Source: Acidobacteriota bacterium
GTDB taxonomy: Bacteria; Acidobacteriota; Vicinamibacteria; Vicinamibacterales; UBA2999
Reading direction: 5' to 3'
DNA length: 64,000 nucleotides
Assembly: GCA_016190945.1 (NCBI GenBank)
Contig: JACPPO010000014.1
Span: forward strand, 6,303-70,302
Of the stretch, positions 9,355 through 21,210 are shown one piece after another (the first letter of the stretch is position 1; each line of letters begins with the position of its first letter). The notes under the pieces are model-generated. The model did no database searches. It saw only the letters and a program-made list of their open reading frames with translations, and was not told where the DNA came from. The position numbers and the translations under genes are program-made.

Positions 9355-11071
9355 TCTCCTTCTGCCGTTTTGGCGGGAGCGTCCATTCCTCGCGCAACGC
9401 CTTGTCGAACTCCGACCGGAAGAAGCCGGCCTTCATCCCGCCGTCGATGATGTCCCACGGCAGGACGCCGTCGTGCGAGCGATCACGGAACACAAAGAAG
9501 TGCGCGTCGACGTGGCTCTCCGCCACCGCTGCGCGCCAGTTGCCGCCGTTGCGTTCGGCCGCTTCAATCGCGGGGGCGACACGGCGGTCACCGAGCGACA
9601 GAAGCGCCTGGTAGAAGGAATGACGTTCCGACTTGATGTTGACGTAGACGTTGTCGACGCCTGCCATCAGGCCGCGCATCCGCAGGATCTTCCGCTCGAT
9701 GGACGAGTCGTTCTCCATCGGAAGCCACTGGTAGGCCGTGCCGGGTTTCGGCACGAGGGGGTTCACGCTGCCGACAATTCGCCCGATCTGTCCACGCCCG
9801 CGCCCGCGTTTCAACATGATCTCGCGCAACTGCAATGTGAGGTCGCGGATCGCCACGAGGTCTTCATCGGCCTCGGTCGGCAACCCGATCATGTAGTACA
9901 GCTTCAGGTTCTCGATACCACTCGCAAAGATCGTGTCCGCGCGGGCGAGGATTTCGTCGTTGGTAATCGTCTTGTTGATCACCCGGCGCAGGCGGTCGGA
10001 ACCGGTTTCCGGGGCAATGGTAATCGTCCGCTCACCGCTCGCGCGCAGGAGCCCGACAAGCTTGGGCGTGATGTCGTCCAGCCGGAGCGATGCGGGGCTG
10101 ATCGAGTAGCCCATCCCCGCCAGGCGCGTGAGGATTTCCTCAATCTCGGGGTGATCGCACAGGGCAATCGAGACAAGACCGGCACGACTCGAGTGGGAGC
10201 GAGCGCGTTCCGCCAGATCGAGAATCCGGTCCTTGGGAAATGCGCGCACCGGCAGGTAGTTGTACCCGGCCCAGCAGAAGCGGCACAGGTTGGCGCACCC
10301 GCGAACCACTTCGACGAGGAATCGCGAGCCGAATTCCGTGTCGGGAGTGAAGATCGTCGTTGCAGGCGGATCCACGGCCTCGGTTGTCTTCAGCGCCGCC
10401 TTCTTCACGACGTAAGGCGCACCGGTGCCTGCCCGTGGCACGTACGCGGCGATGGTCCCGTCGTCCGCATACCGCACGTCGTAGAACGACGGAATGTAGA
10501 AGCCCCGTTCGGTGGCCAGCCTGCGCAGCAGGTCGGCGCGATCCGAGGCGCCCTGGTACGCGCGAACGAGCGACGGGACAAGCGCCTCGCCTTCTCCGGC
10601 CGCGATGGCATCGGCAAACAGCGCGAGCGGCTCCGGATTCACGAACGTCACCGCACCGCCGATGAGGACGAGAGGATGGCGATGGGTGCGTGCCTCGGCC
10701 CGAAGGGGCAGCCCCGCCAGGCGCAGCAGCGTCAGCACGTTCGTGTAGTCCCATTCGAAGGACACGGAGAACGCCACCACGTCGAAATCGCCGACGGGCG
10801 TCTGCGATTCCAGTGTGAGCAGCGGTGCTGCAGACGCGACCTGCGCGGCCAGTTCCGTCTTCGGCGGAAGAAACACCCGCTCACAGACGATATCGTCCTC
10901 GGCGTTGAACAGCTTGTAGACCGTCTGGAATCCCAGGTTGGACATCCCAACGAAGTACGTATTCGGAAAAGCCAGCGCCACGCGCAGCTTGCCGCCGTGT
11001 GGTTTGCGGACGTATCCGACCTCCTTCGACAGGAGTTCCCGAGCGCGCTCGCGCTGCTGCCAGTGCTTCAT
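9326..11071 (-). CDS. B12-binding-domain radical SAM protein (TIGR03960-like, function unknown)
   Basis: The N-terminus LRVALAFPNTYFVGMSNLGFQTVY matches the family, and the CxxxCxxC cluster is VVRGCANLCRFCWAGY. I place the start at ATG 11071 (MKHWQQ). Confidence 0.85.
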   Translation of the reverse strand: MKHWQQRERARELLSKEVGYVRKPHGGKLRVALAFPNTYFVGMSNLGFQTVYKLFNAEDDIVCERVFLPPKTELAAQVASAAPLLTLESQTPVGDFDVVAFSVSFEWDYTNVLTLLRLAGLPLRAEARTHRHPLVLIGGAVTFVNPEPLALFADAIAAGEGEALVPSLVRAYQGASDRADLLRRLATERGFYIPSFYDVRYADDGTIAAYVPRAGTGAPYVVKKAALKTTEAVDPPATTIFTPDTEFGSRFLVEVVRGCANLCRFCWAGYNYLPVRAFPKDRILDLAERARSHSSRAGLVSIALCDHPEIEEILTRLAGMGYSISPASLRLDDITPKLVGLLRASGERTITIAPETGSDRLRRVINKTITNDEILARADTIFASGIENLKLYYMIGLPTEADEDLVAIRDLTLQLREIMLKRGRGRGQIGRIVGSVNPLVPKPGTAYQWLPMENDSSIERKILRMRGLMAGVDNVYVNIKSERHSFYQALLSLGDRRVAPAIEAAERNGGNWRAAVAESHVDAHFFVFRDRSHDGVLPWDIIDGGMKAGFFRSEFDKALREEWTLPPKRQKENARLLPVLQ

Positions 11072-11318
11072 GAAAATGCCTGCTGAGCCGAACGCCGAAC
11101 TGTCCGCCCTCGCGCTTCGCGCCACGGCGCGGCCCGCCGGGGCGGTTTGCCACAGCGAACCGCCCGGCCAGCACTGCTTAGTCGAGCCGCGTTACGACCC
11201 GACCTTGGGCGGAGGCAAGTTGGTCCGCGAGCTCCCGCTGCGGCGCAGGCGCGCGCGCCTGCCGTGGGTCTATCTACTGTACTCCCGGCACGCGCCTGCC
11301 ACGGGCTGGAGCAATAGC

Positions 11319-12623
11319 TCAGCGCTGACGCCGCAGAAACGCCGGCACGTCGAGCGGCGAGGCAAGGTCGGCGTCCAGTTCCATCAATCCGTCGGCTTGA
11401 GCTCCGCCGCTCGGTGAGGGCGCCAGAGGCAGGGTCAGGTCGAGGCTTGGACGCCGGCTGACGGTCAATGGCGGCGCCGCCACTGCCATCAATTGAGGCG
11501 CATCTAGCTCCATCACTGGCTGCTCCACGGCGGCATGCTCCACCGGACGAGCCAGGTGCGCGGTGTAGCTGTGCAGGTCCACCGGCGTCTGGAGCGCCGC
11601 GGCCGGGACTCCCCGGTTGCTGCCCTTTCGCTCGAAGCCGGTCGCGATCACTGTAATCTTCACCTTTCCCTTCAGGTTCGGGTCGACCACCGCGCCGAAA
11701 ATGATGTTCGCGTCCTCGTGGGCCGCCTCCTGGATGACGCACGACGCCTCGTTGACTTCCATCAGCGACAGGTCCGGGCCACCGGTGACGTTGATGATGA
11801 CGCCGCGCGCGCCGTCGACCGATCCGTCTTCGAGCAGCGGGCTGGCAACCGCCTTCTGCGCCGCCTGCATCGCCCGGTTATCGCCCTCCGAGATACCCGT
11901 GCCCATCATCGCGACGCCCATGCCGGACATGATGGCCTTGACGTCGGCGAAATCCAGGTTGATCAGCCCCGGCACCAGGATGAGGTCCGAGATGCCCTGA
12001 ATCGCCTGCCGCAGCACGTCGTCGGCCATCGAGAACGAGTCGGTGAGCGACGTGCGTCGATCGATGATCGAGAGGAGGCGCTCGTTGGGGATGGTGATGA
12101 CTGTGTCCACGCACTCCCTCAGCGCCTCGAGGCCCGCCTCTGCATGCATGGCGCGCCGCTTCCCCTCGAACCTGAAAGGCTTTGTGACCACGGCGACCGT
12201 CAACGCTCCGAGCTCGCTCGCCAGACTCGCAATCACGGGCGCGGCGCCCGTCCCGGTGCCGCCGCCGAGGCCGGTCGTGACGAAGATCATGTCGGCGCCG
12301 GAAAGCGCCTGAATGATCGTCTCCGTATCCTCCAGCGCCGCCTGGCGCCCGATGTTTGGATCCGCCCCGGCACCGAGACCTTTCGTCAGCTTCTGGCCAA
12401 GCTGGATCTTGACCGAGGCCTGGTTCTGGTTGAGCGCCTGGACGTCGGTATTGGCGACGATGAACTCGACGCCGCCAAGCCCCACCGTCACCATGCGGTT
12501 GACAGCATTGCTGCCGCCGCCGCCGACCCCAATCACCTTGATCTTCGCGCCACACCGCGCGTCCGGATCGAGCGTCAGTCGCAGCACCTCCGCGTCTTTG
12601 TCGCGGGGATTGCCTTGTTTCAT
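11319..12623 (-). CDS. ftsZ: Cell division protein FtsZ
   Basis: [13 protein letters not shown], tubulin signature [15 protein letters not shown], a long linker and the conserved C-terminal peptide DVPAFLRRQ. Confidence 0.97.
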   Translation of the reverse strand: MKQGNPRDKDAEVLRLTLDPDARCGAKIKVIGVGGGGSNAVNRMVTVGLGGVEFIVANTDVQALNQNQASVKIQLGQKLTKGLGAGADPNIGRQAALEDTETIIQALSGADMIFVTTGLGGGTGTGAAPVIASLASELGALTVAVVTKPFRFEGKRRAMHAEAGLEALRECVDTVITIPNERLLSIIDRRTSLTDSFSMADDVLRQAIQGISDLILVPGLINLDFADVKAIMSGMGVAMMGTGISEGDNRAMQAAQKAVASPLLEDGSVDGARGVIINVTGGPDLSLMEVNEASCVIQEAAHEDANIIFGAVVDPNLKGKVKITVIATGFERKGSNRGVPAAALQTPVDLHSYTAHLARPVEHAAVEQPVMELDAPQLMAVAAPPLTVSRRPSLDLTLPLAPSPSGGAQADGLMELDADLASPLDVPAFLRRQR

Positions 12624-12632
12624 GTCAGCCTC

Positions 12633-13865
12633 CTAGAAAAACTCCTTGAAGATCCCGCGCAGCCGTCCAGCCATGCGGCCGAACGCCCCGACCCCGGCGC
12701 GTCTTGGGTCGGGCACGCGATTGCGATGCGCATACAGCACCAGCCCCACGGGGGTCGCAAACGTCGGGCTGTTCACGTGATCGGCGAGCCCGCCCACATC
12801 GGCCGGGCAGCCCCGCCTGATCGGCAGGTCGAAGATCTGTTCGGCGATCTCGGGCATCCCTTCGAGAATCGACCCGCCGCCGGTCAGGACGATGCCCGAG
12901 TTGAGCGATTTCTCGTATCCAGCCCGCCGGATCTCGTCCCAGACCAGATGGAAAACCTCCTCGGCGCGCGGCTGAAGAATCTCGGACAGGATTCGGCGGG
13001 CCATCAGCCGCGGCTTGCGTCCGCCGACGCTGGCCACCTCGATCGTCTCGTCCTCGTCCACCATCGACGAAAGCGCGCATCCGTTTTTCCGCTTGACCTT
13101 CTCCGCATCTGGGATCGGCGTCCGCAGGCCGACCGCGATGTCGCTGGTGAAATGATCGCCGCCGACGGCCACGACGGCGGTGTGCCAGAGGCTCCCTCGC
13201 TCAAAGATCGCCAGGTCCGCGGTGCCTCCGCCGATGTCGATGAGCGCAACGCCGAGCTCCTTCTCATCAGACGTGAGCACCGCCTCCGCCGCCGCAAGCT
13301 GCTCAACGACGGTATCGACAACAGACACCCCCGTCCGGTTGACGCACGCGATGATGTTCTGCGTGGACGAGGTCGCTCCCGTGACGACGTGGACGTTGAC
13401 CTCGAGACGGGCCCCCGTCATGCCGACCGGCGCGCCAATGCCGTCCTGCTCGTCGACGACGAAGTCCTGCGGGAGCACGTGGAGGATCTCCCGCCCCGTG
13501 GGCAGTGCAACGGCCTTGGCCGCATCGATGGCCCGCCGCACGTCGTCACGCGCGATCTCGCGGTTCTTGCCCGCAACCGCGACGACGCCGCGGCTGTTGA
13601 ACCCCTTGATGTGCGGACCCGACAGGGAGAGATGGACCGAGTCGATTTCAATCCCAGCCATCAGCTCCGCCTCCTCGATGGCCTTCTTGATCGAGGCCAC
13701 GGCCGCCTCGAGGTTGACGACGACGCCACGCTTGATGCCGCGCGACTCCGCGACTCCGAGGCCCACGATGTCGAGGCTGCCGTCGTCGAGGCCTTCGCCG
13801 ACGACCGAGCAGACATGCGTCGTACCGACGTCGAGCCCAACGAGATATCGTTCTCTGCGACTCAC
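12633..13865 (-). CDS. ftsA: Cell division protein FtsA
   Basis: Actin-like ATPase motifs VGLDVGTTHVC and IDIGGGTADLAIF. It lies between ftsQ and ftsZ. Confidence 0.95.
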   Translation of the reverse strand: MSRRERYLVGLDVGTTHVCSVVGEGLDDGSLDIVGLGVAESRGIKRGVVVNLEAAVASIKKAIEEAELMAGIEIDSVHLSLSGPHIKGFNSRGVVAVAGKNREIARDDVRRAIDAAKAVALPTGREILHVLPQDFVVDEQDGIGAPVGMTGARLEVNVHVVTGATSSTQNIIACVNRTGVSVVDTVVEQLAAAEAVLTSDEKELGVALIDIGGGTADLAIFERGSLWHTAVVAVGGDHFTSDIAVGLRTPIPDAEKVKRKNGCALSSMVDEDETIEVASVGGRKPRLMARRILSEILQPRAEEVFHLVWDEIRRAGYEKSLNSGIVLTGGGSILEGMPEIAEQIFDLPIRRGCPADVGGLADHVNSPTFATPVGLVLYAHRNRVPDPRRAGVGAFGRMAGRLRGIFKEFF

Positions 13866-14715
13866 TCACCGCCTCCTTGGGCTCTTTGGGCCCTGAGCCC
13901 CTGGGCCTGGGGCTTCACGTATACGCGCTCACCAAACCGCAAGTCGACGTAGTCAATCTGCGGGACCTTTTCTCGAAGCGCAGACGCCAGATCGAGGTAC
14001 GACTGCAGGCGCTCCGCGAACTGGTCGTCGCCGATACGAATCAGCGCGGTGTCGCCCTTGAGGATGACGACCGCGTCGCGCACATCGGTGACGTCAACCT
14101 GCGAGACGCGTCCGGCGAGATCCGGCCGCCCCTGAAGCGACGTTAGCAGCCGCATGGCGAGCGCCGCGCGGCCTTCATCGACAACCGGTTCGCCTGTTGC
14201 GGCTCGCTGCGCCACGAGACCGTCGATGAGTGGGAGGTCGAACTCGGCGTGATTGGGGCCGAATTCGTCGATGATCCTGGCGTGCTGGTCGAGAAGATAG
14301 AGCGCGTCGCCAATCCGTCCAACCCCCATCGGCTGGCGCTCGGCGATCACGACGTCGACAGTGTCGGGCAGAACACGCCGGATGGCCGCGTCTTCAACCC
14401 ACGGCGAGGCGAGCACTTTCTGTCGCCATTCCTCGAGGCTGACCAGGAGCATGTTGCGCCCGCTCAGCCCGTCGAGCAGCGATACAATTTCGCCGCGCGA
14501 GAGCCTGGTGTTGCCGCTGATGGTGATGCGCGTCACGGTCAGCTCCTCCGTCGTCAGGACGAAGGCAGCGACGCGATAGGCTCCGTACAGCAGAACCGCG
14601 CCGAGCGCCGTCACGTACGCGACACGCTTGAGCGACACGCGCATGCGGGCGCGTTTCGCCACGGGAGTCACATGCGCGCGACGGAACCGTTTGTCGGTTG
14701 GCGCTAAAACGGCCA

Positions 14716-14716
<1 letters not shown>
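13862..14716 (-). CDS. ftsQ: Cell division protein FtsQ
   Basis: One N-terminal transmembrane helix followed by a POTRA-like segment (ITISGNTRLSRGEIVSLL). Its start overlaps the murC stop. Confidence 0.85.
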
Positions 14717-16144
<1,428 letters not shown>

Positions 16145-16155
<11 letters not shown>

Positions 16156-17305
16156 GTGCCAGGACCTTGTCGACGATGACCCTGGCGGCGTCGGGCCGCG
16201 CCATCTGTCTCGCCGCCTCTTCCATCCGGCGACGCTGCGCCTGGTCGCCGGCGAGCGCCAGGAGCTCGGCAGCGATCCGGTCGCCGGACAGCTCGCGCTG
16301 CTCTACCATCCGCGCCGCGCCGTGCGTCACCAGGGCGAGCGCATTGCGGCGCTGGTGGTCGTCGGGAGCTGTCGGCAGCGGCACGAGAATCGACGCCTTG
16401 CCCGATGCGGCCAGCTCCGCCAGCGTCGTCGCACCTGCGCGGCAGACAACCAGGTCCGCCGCCTTCATCTCCCGGTCCATCGCGAACAGGAACGGCTCGA
16501 CCCGGGCTTCGAGCCCGGCCCGCCGGTAGCCGCCGCGGACCATTTCCAGATCGCGCTCCCCAGTCTGGTGCGTGATGGCCACTCGTGGTGTGGCGGCTGC
16601 CAGCCGCGCCGCCGCCTCCACCATGGCCACGTTGATCGCGTGCGCGCCCTGAGAGCCGCCAAAGACTAGAACCCTGGCCGCCCCTGGCGGCCGAACGGCG
16701 GGGCCCCCATCGCGCGTGAGGCGCGATGGAGTGCCAGCGTCATGCCCATGTGCCTCCTCGTCCTGGTAGCCGGAGGCCGTCGGGCCTCCGGGGTCGAAGA
16801 ACTCCGATCTCACCGGATTACCCGACACGAGCGCCTTGCTGCCGAAAAATCGCACGCTCTCCTGATAGGTCACGGCGGCGGCATCGACGACCGGCGCCAG
16901 CAGCCGATTGGTGATGCCCGGCATCGCGTTCTGCTCCATGAGCAGCGTCGGGATGCCGCGTAGCGCCGCGAGCAGCACTACGGGTCCCGAGCTGTACCCA
17001 CCGACGCCCACGACGACCGCCGGCCTCCGGCGTGTAATCACGCGCCACGCATCGCCGGCGCTCACGGGCAGCAGGGCCACGCCCCGCGCGAGCGATTGGG
17101 CCGACTTTCCCTTCAACCCCGCGCTCCGGATAACATCCAGCTCAAACCCTTCGCCGGGAACGACGCGCGCCTCGACGCCGGCGGCCGTGCCGACAAACGT
17201 CACGTGCGCGTCCGGTACGCGCGCCAGCAACTCGCGGGCGACCGCGATGCCCGGATACAGGTGCCCACCCGTCCCACCGCCCGCGATCAGCACAGACAAA
17301 GGCAT
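16145..17305 (-). CDS. murG: Undecaprenyldiphospho-muramoylpentapeptide beta-N-acetylglucosaminyltransferase
   Basis: GGTGGHLYPGIAVA and VFGGSQGA. It carries a ~25-aa acidic/His-rich insertion (GYQDEEAHGHDAGTPSRLTRDG) in the interdomain linker, relative to my recollection of E. coli MurG. Confidence 0.92.
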
Positions 17306-17341
17306 CTAGTAGAACCCTCTCGCGCCTTCGCACCTTCTTGT

Positions 17342-18442
17342 TCAAACGTCCGCCGCCTCGTGCTGTGAAATGTTCAGCAGCACGCCTATGCCGAGCAAGC
17401 TGATGAGGAGCGAGGACCCGCCCGCGCTGACGAGCGGCAGCGGAATGCCCTTGGTCGGCATCAGGCCGAGCACCACGCTTATGTTGACGAGAGCCTGCAC
17501 CACGATCATCGAGGTCACGCCGAGCGCGACGAACGAGCCGAAACTGTCCTGTGCGCGCACGGTGATCCGCATGCCGCGCCACGCGATCAGACAAAAGCAG
17601 GCGAGGGTGCCGGTCGCGCCGATGAGGCCGAGCTCCTCGCCAATGACGGCGAAGATGAAGTCGGTATGCGGCTCGGGCAGGTAGAAGAGCTTCTGGACAC
17701 CTTCCATCAGCCCGCGTCCGAAGACGCCGCCGGTCCCGACCGCAATCAGCGACTGGATAATCTGGAAGCCGTCACCGAGCGGATCCGCCCATGGGTCCCA
17801 GAAGGCGAGCAACCGACGCCGGCGGTACGGCGCGCTGACCAGCACGAGGTAGGCCGCGGGCAGCATCACAAGCAAGGTGCCGATGAAATAACGGTAATGC
17901 AGCCCTGCCGAAAAGATCATGATCGCGACGATCATCACCAGCGAAATGGCAGTACCGAAGTCCGGCTGCAGCAAGATGAGGGCCGCTATCGCGCCGACGA
18001 CGATGGCGATCGGCAGCAACGAGTACGACAGCTCGTCGATCCGGTGCATGCGCCGCTCGAGAACGAGCGCCGTGAACAGCACGCACACGATCTTGGCGAG
18101 CTCGGACGGCTGAATGCCGAGCCCGCCGAAGCCAAACCAGCGGCGGGTCCCGTTGACTGGCCTACTGAACAGCACGCCCACGAGCGTCACCGCGACCAGC
18201 CCGACCAGGGTCCATACGAACGCATCGTTGCGGTAAGTGCGGTAGTCGACGCGCATCACCACGGCCAGCACGGCAAGACCGAGCACGGTCCACATCACCT
18301 GCTTGGTGAGAAAGAGATACGGCTGCTGGTACCGCTCGAGGGCGACGAGCGCCGAGGCGCTGTACACCATAACGATGCTGGCGCAGACCAGCAGCAGCGT
18401 CGCGGTGAACAGCACCCTGTCGTATTTCAGCTTGCGCGCCAC
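17342..18442 (-). CDS. ftsW: SEDS-family peptidoglycan glycosyltransferase FtsW
   Basis: About 10 transmembrane segments, PEPHTDFIF and GLMPTKGIPLPLVSAGGSSL. GTG start with a GGGGAGG Shine-Dalgarno sequence. Confidence 0.92.
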   Translation of the reverse strand: MARKLKYDRVLFTATLLLVCASIVMVYSASALVALERYQQPYLFLTKQVMWTVLGLAVLAVVMRVDYRTYRNDAFVWTLVGLVAVTLVGVLFSRPVNGTRRWFGFGGLGIQPSELAKIVCVLFTALVLERRMHRIDELSYSLLPIAIVVGAIAALILLQPDFGTAISLVMIVAIMIFSAGLHYRYFIGTLLVMLPAAYLVLVSAPYRRRRLLAFWDPWADPLGDGFQIIQSLIAVGTGGVFGRGLMEGVQKLFYLPEPHTDFIFAVIGEELGLIGATGTLACFCLIAWRGMRITVRAQDSFGSFVALGVTSMIVVQALVNISVVLGLMPTKGIPLPLVSAGGSSLLISLLGIGVLLNISQHEAADV

Positions 18443-18558
18443 GTCCTCCCCACCTTCGATCTACAGAAAACCGCCCGCCCGTCCGAAACCACAGGTGCAG
18501 GCGGATCGGCTAAGATCCCGATCCCGTGCGCGTGCACGAGGTAGCCCCTGGATCGCAA

Positions 18559-18693
18559 GGCCGTGAGCGGTCAGCAGTCATCAGCCGGCCCGTGAGACGG
18601 GACACCGACCTCGCAGACCGGGGTAGTCTGCGTTCCCAGCGGTTGGCTCCCCCCCGCGCCGAGCCGACTGACGACTGCTCGCCGCTCACGCCG
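18559..18693 (-). repeat. Multi-stem inverted-repeat element in the murD-ftsW spacer (candidate structured RNA or inserted repeat)
   Basis: 26-nt arms at 18563-18588 and 18664-18689. On the minus-strand RNA they form 22 Watson-Crick pairs, 2 G-U pairs and one 2x2 internal loop. They enclose two small hairpins (18589-18601 and 18614-18630). Confidence 0.6.
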
Positions 18694-18750
18694 TCGCCGC
18701 TTCGCGGCTTCGGCCGTGCGCGCGCGCACCCTCACACCCTCATACCGCCG

Positions 18751-20121
18751 TCACCCCCGCACCTTGTTCTTGAGCCGCAACACTTCCTCCTTGAACGCGC
18801 GGCCGCGTTCCGCGTAGTCGCGGAACCAGTCGAAGCTGGCGCACGCCGGCGCCAGCAGGACCACGCCACCGGGCGCCGCCGCCTCGTATCCACGCTCAAC
18901 CGCGTCACGCATCGAGGCCGCCTCGACAACGGGGACGACCCCGCTCAAGGCATCGCGGACAAGCGGCGTGGCTTCGCCAATCGCCACCACCGCCCGGCCG
19001 CACGCTGACAGCGGTTCGCGGAGTTTCCGCAGATCGCCGCCCTTGAATCGGCCGCCGATGATCGCCACGACGCCGCCTGGAAAGCTCTCGATAGACCGCC
19101 GAGCCGCCTCGACATTCGTCGCCTTGGAGTCATTGACGAACCTGACGCCACGAACCTCGCCGGCCGGCTCCATGACGTGCTCGAGTCCGCGAAAGCCCCG
19201 TAGCGCATCGGTCATCGCCTGTGGCGTGGCACCCGCGATCGAGGCGGCTGCCGTCGCCGCGAGCACGTTGTTGAGCATGTGACGGCCCGTCAGCTCCACG
19301 GCGGCGAGCGGGACGAGCCGCGCCGCTCCGGACGCGGTTCGCTTGACGATCCACTCGCCGTCGACGACGAAGCCGCCGGTGATCCGGCCCGACAGCGCGA
19401 ATCGCACGTGGCGCGCGCGGGCGCCGGTGCTTCGCGCCGTCACGACCGCATCGTCGGCATTGATCAACGCCCAGTCGTCAGCGGTCTGATTGGCGAAGAT
19501 GCGCGCCTTCGCGGACACGTAGGACTCGATGCTCGGATGGCGGTCCAGGTGGTCATCCGCGAAGTTCAGCCACACGGCAATCCACGGCCGGAACGTCGTG
19601 GTCGTCTCGAGCTGGAAGCTGCTCGTTTCCACGACGTGGAGCGTCTCTGCGGTCGAGACCTCGACCTGCGCGCTGAGCGGCACGCCGATGTTCCCGCTCA
19701 CGAGCACCCTCCGCCCGGCCGCGTCCAGCATCCGGCCGAGCAGCGTCGTCGTTGTCGATTTTCCTTTCGTGCCGGTAATGGCAAGCATCCGGCCGCGAAT
19801 CCACCGCGACGCGAGCTCGAGCTCCCCGATGATCTCGACGCCGCGTTCCCGTGCCGCATCGAATACCGGCTGATCCACGGGGACCCCAGGACTTACGACG
19901 ACGAGATCGGTGGCCGCGAGCGTTTCCCGCCGGTGCCCACCAAGCTCCAAGTGGATACCTGCGGCTTGCAGCCGGTCCGCGCCCTCGAAGCTGTCGCGTG
20001 ACTCGGTAAGCGTCACGAGCGCACCTCGCTTCGCGAGCAGCTCCGCCGCCGCAACACCGCTGCGCGCCGCGCCGACCACCACCACGTGACGCTCCCGGAC
20101 CGAGAAGGCACTCTCACCCAC
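18751..20121 (-). CDS. murD: UDP-N-acetylmuramoylalanine--D-glutamate ligase
   Basis: VVVVGAARSGVAAAELL and GTKGKSTTTTLL. Confidence 0.93.
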   Translation of the reverse strand: MGESAFSVRERHVVVVGAARSGVAAAELLAKRGALVTLTESRDSFEGADRLQAAGIHLELGGHRRETLAATDLVVVSPGVPVDQPVFDAARERGVEIIGELELASRWIRGRMLAITGTKGKSTTTTLLGRMLDAAGRRVLVSGNIGVPLSAQVEVSTAETLHVVETSSFQLETTTTFRPWIAVWLNFADDHLDRHPSIESYVSAKARIFANQTADDWALINADDAVVTARSTGARARHVRFALSGRITGGFVVDGEWIVKRTASGAARLVPLAAVELTGRHMLNNVLAATAAASIAGATPQAMTDALRGFRGLEHVMEPAGEVRGVRFVNDSKATNVEAARRSIESFPGGVVAIIGGRFKGGDLRKLREPLSACGRAVVAIGEATPLVRDALSGVVPVVEAASMRDAVERGYEAAAPGGVVLLAPACASFDWFRDYAERGRAFKEEVLRLKNKVRG

Positions 20122-20124
20122 ACA

Positions 20125-21210
20125 TCACCGCAGCTTCAACGTGGTCAGGCTGAAGAGCGCAAAGATCACGGCCAGAATCAAAAAGCGGGTGATCACCTTG
20201 GGCTCGCTCCATCCAATCAGTTCGAAGTGGTGATGGATGGGCGCCATCTTGAAGACGCGCCGCCCCCTGAGCTTGAACGAGCCAACCTGGACGATCACCG
20301 AGAGCGCTTCGATAACGAAGACGCCGCCGACAATCGGTAGCAGCAGTTCCTGCTTGATGAGAATGGCGACAGTGCCGAGCGCACCGCCGAGCGCCAGCGA
20401 TCCGACGTCGCCCATGAAAATGTCGGCGGGATAGGAGTTGTACCAGAGGAATCCCAGACTGGCCCCGACGAGCGCCCCACAAAACACCGTCAACTCGCCG
20501 GCCGGTGGAAAGCGAACCAGCAGCAGGTAATCGGCCAGCACCGCGTGTCCGGTGACGTAGGCGAGCGCGGTAAAGGCCGCGGCCGCGACGCCGAACGTGC
20601 TGATGGCCAGGCCGTCGAGCCCGTCGGTGAGGTTGACGGCGTTGGTGGCGCTGACGAGCACGAGCACCGCGAACGCGATGTAGAACCAACCCAGATCCGG
20701 GATCAGGTTCTTGAAGAATGGAAAGATGAGGCGCGTGTTGTAGAGATTGTTGGCGGCCAGCGCCATCAACGTGAGACCCACGGCCGCGGCGATGAGGACC
20801 TGAAACCCCATCTTGTAGCGTGGCCGCAGCCCGTGGTGCGATCGGCGCACGATCTTCAGGTAGTCATCCGCAAAGCCGACCGCGCCGAAGGCGCAGGTTG
20901 CCAGCACGGCAATCCAGACGTACGGATTGGAGAGATCCGCCCAGAGCAGCGTCGGCCCGATGGCCGCCGTCAGAATCAGCAGGCCGCCCATCGTGGGCGT
21001 GCCGGCCTTCGCCCGGTGAGACTGCGGCCCTTCTTGACGAATCACCTGCCCGATTTGAAAGTCGCGCAGTTTCACGATCATCCATGGACCGAGCAACAGG
21101 CTGATCGCCAGAGCCGTGAGGCTGGCCGCCGCGGTGCGGAACGTGATGTAGCGCGTCACGTTCAACACACCGATGAAAGGCGCGAAGTTCGGCAGGAGGT
21201 GATAGAGCAT
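20125..21210 (-). CDS. mraY: Phospho-N-acetylmuramoyl-pentapeptide transferase
   Basis: FADDYLKI, NAVNLTDGLDGLA and APIHHHFE, with 10 transmembrane segments. Confidence 0.96.
   Translation of the reverse strand: MLYHLLPNFAPFIGVLNVTRYITFRTAAASLTALAISLLLGPWMIVKLRDFQIGQVIRQEGPQSHRAKAGTPTMGGLLILTAAIGPTLLWADLSNPYVWIAVLATCAFGAVGFADDYLKIVRRSHHGLRPRYKMGFQVLIAAAVGLTLMALAANNLYNTRLIFPFFKNLIPDLGWFYIAFAVLVLVSATNAVNLTDGLDGLAISTFGVAAAAFTALAYVTGHAVLADYLLLVRFPPAGELTVFCGALVGASLGFLWYNSYPADIFMGDVGSLALGGALGTVAILIKQELLLPIVGGVFVIEALSVIVQVGSFKLRGRRVFKMAPIHHHFELIGWSEPKVITRFLILAVIFALFSLTTLKLR

Noticed and set aside
11072-11318. The 18-nt perfect palindrome GCAGGCGCGCGCGCCTGC and the GGGCGGTT/AACCGCCC hairpin downstream of ftsZ, as a terminator or ncRNA.
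   Set aside because: No U-tract follows either structure on the sense strand. GC-rich palindromes of this size are common in such genomes. Nothing further supports a function.
11535-13952. Very long ORFs antisense to, or out of frame with, recognised genes. Examples: 805 aa at 11535-13952, 806 aa at 23925-26345, 632 aa at 9188-11086, 632 aa at 32743-34641, 499 aa at 29378-30877 and 509 aa at 61068-62597.
   Set aside because: Each lies opposite or out of frame to a gene with unmistakable family motifs (ftsZ/ftsA, ftsI, radical SAM, epimerases, GT4, ThyX-like). Their translations are Arg/Ala/Gly/Pro-rich low-complexity sequence, typical of shadow ORFs in high-G+C DNA.
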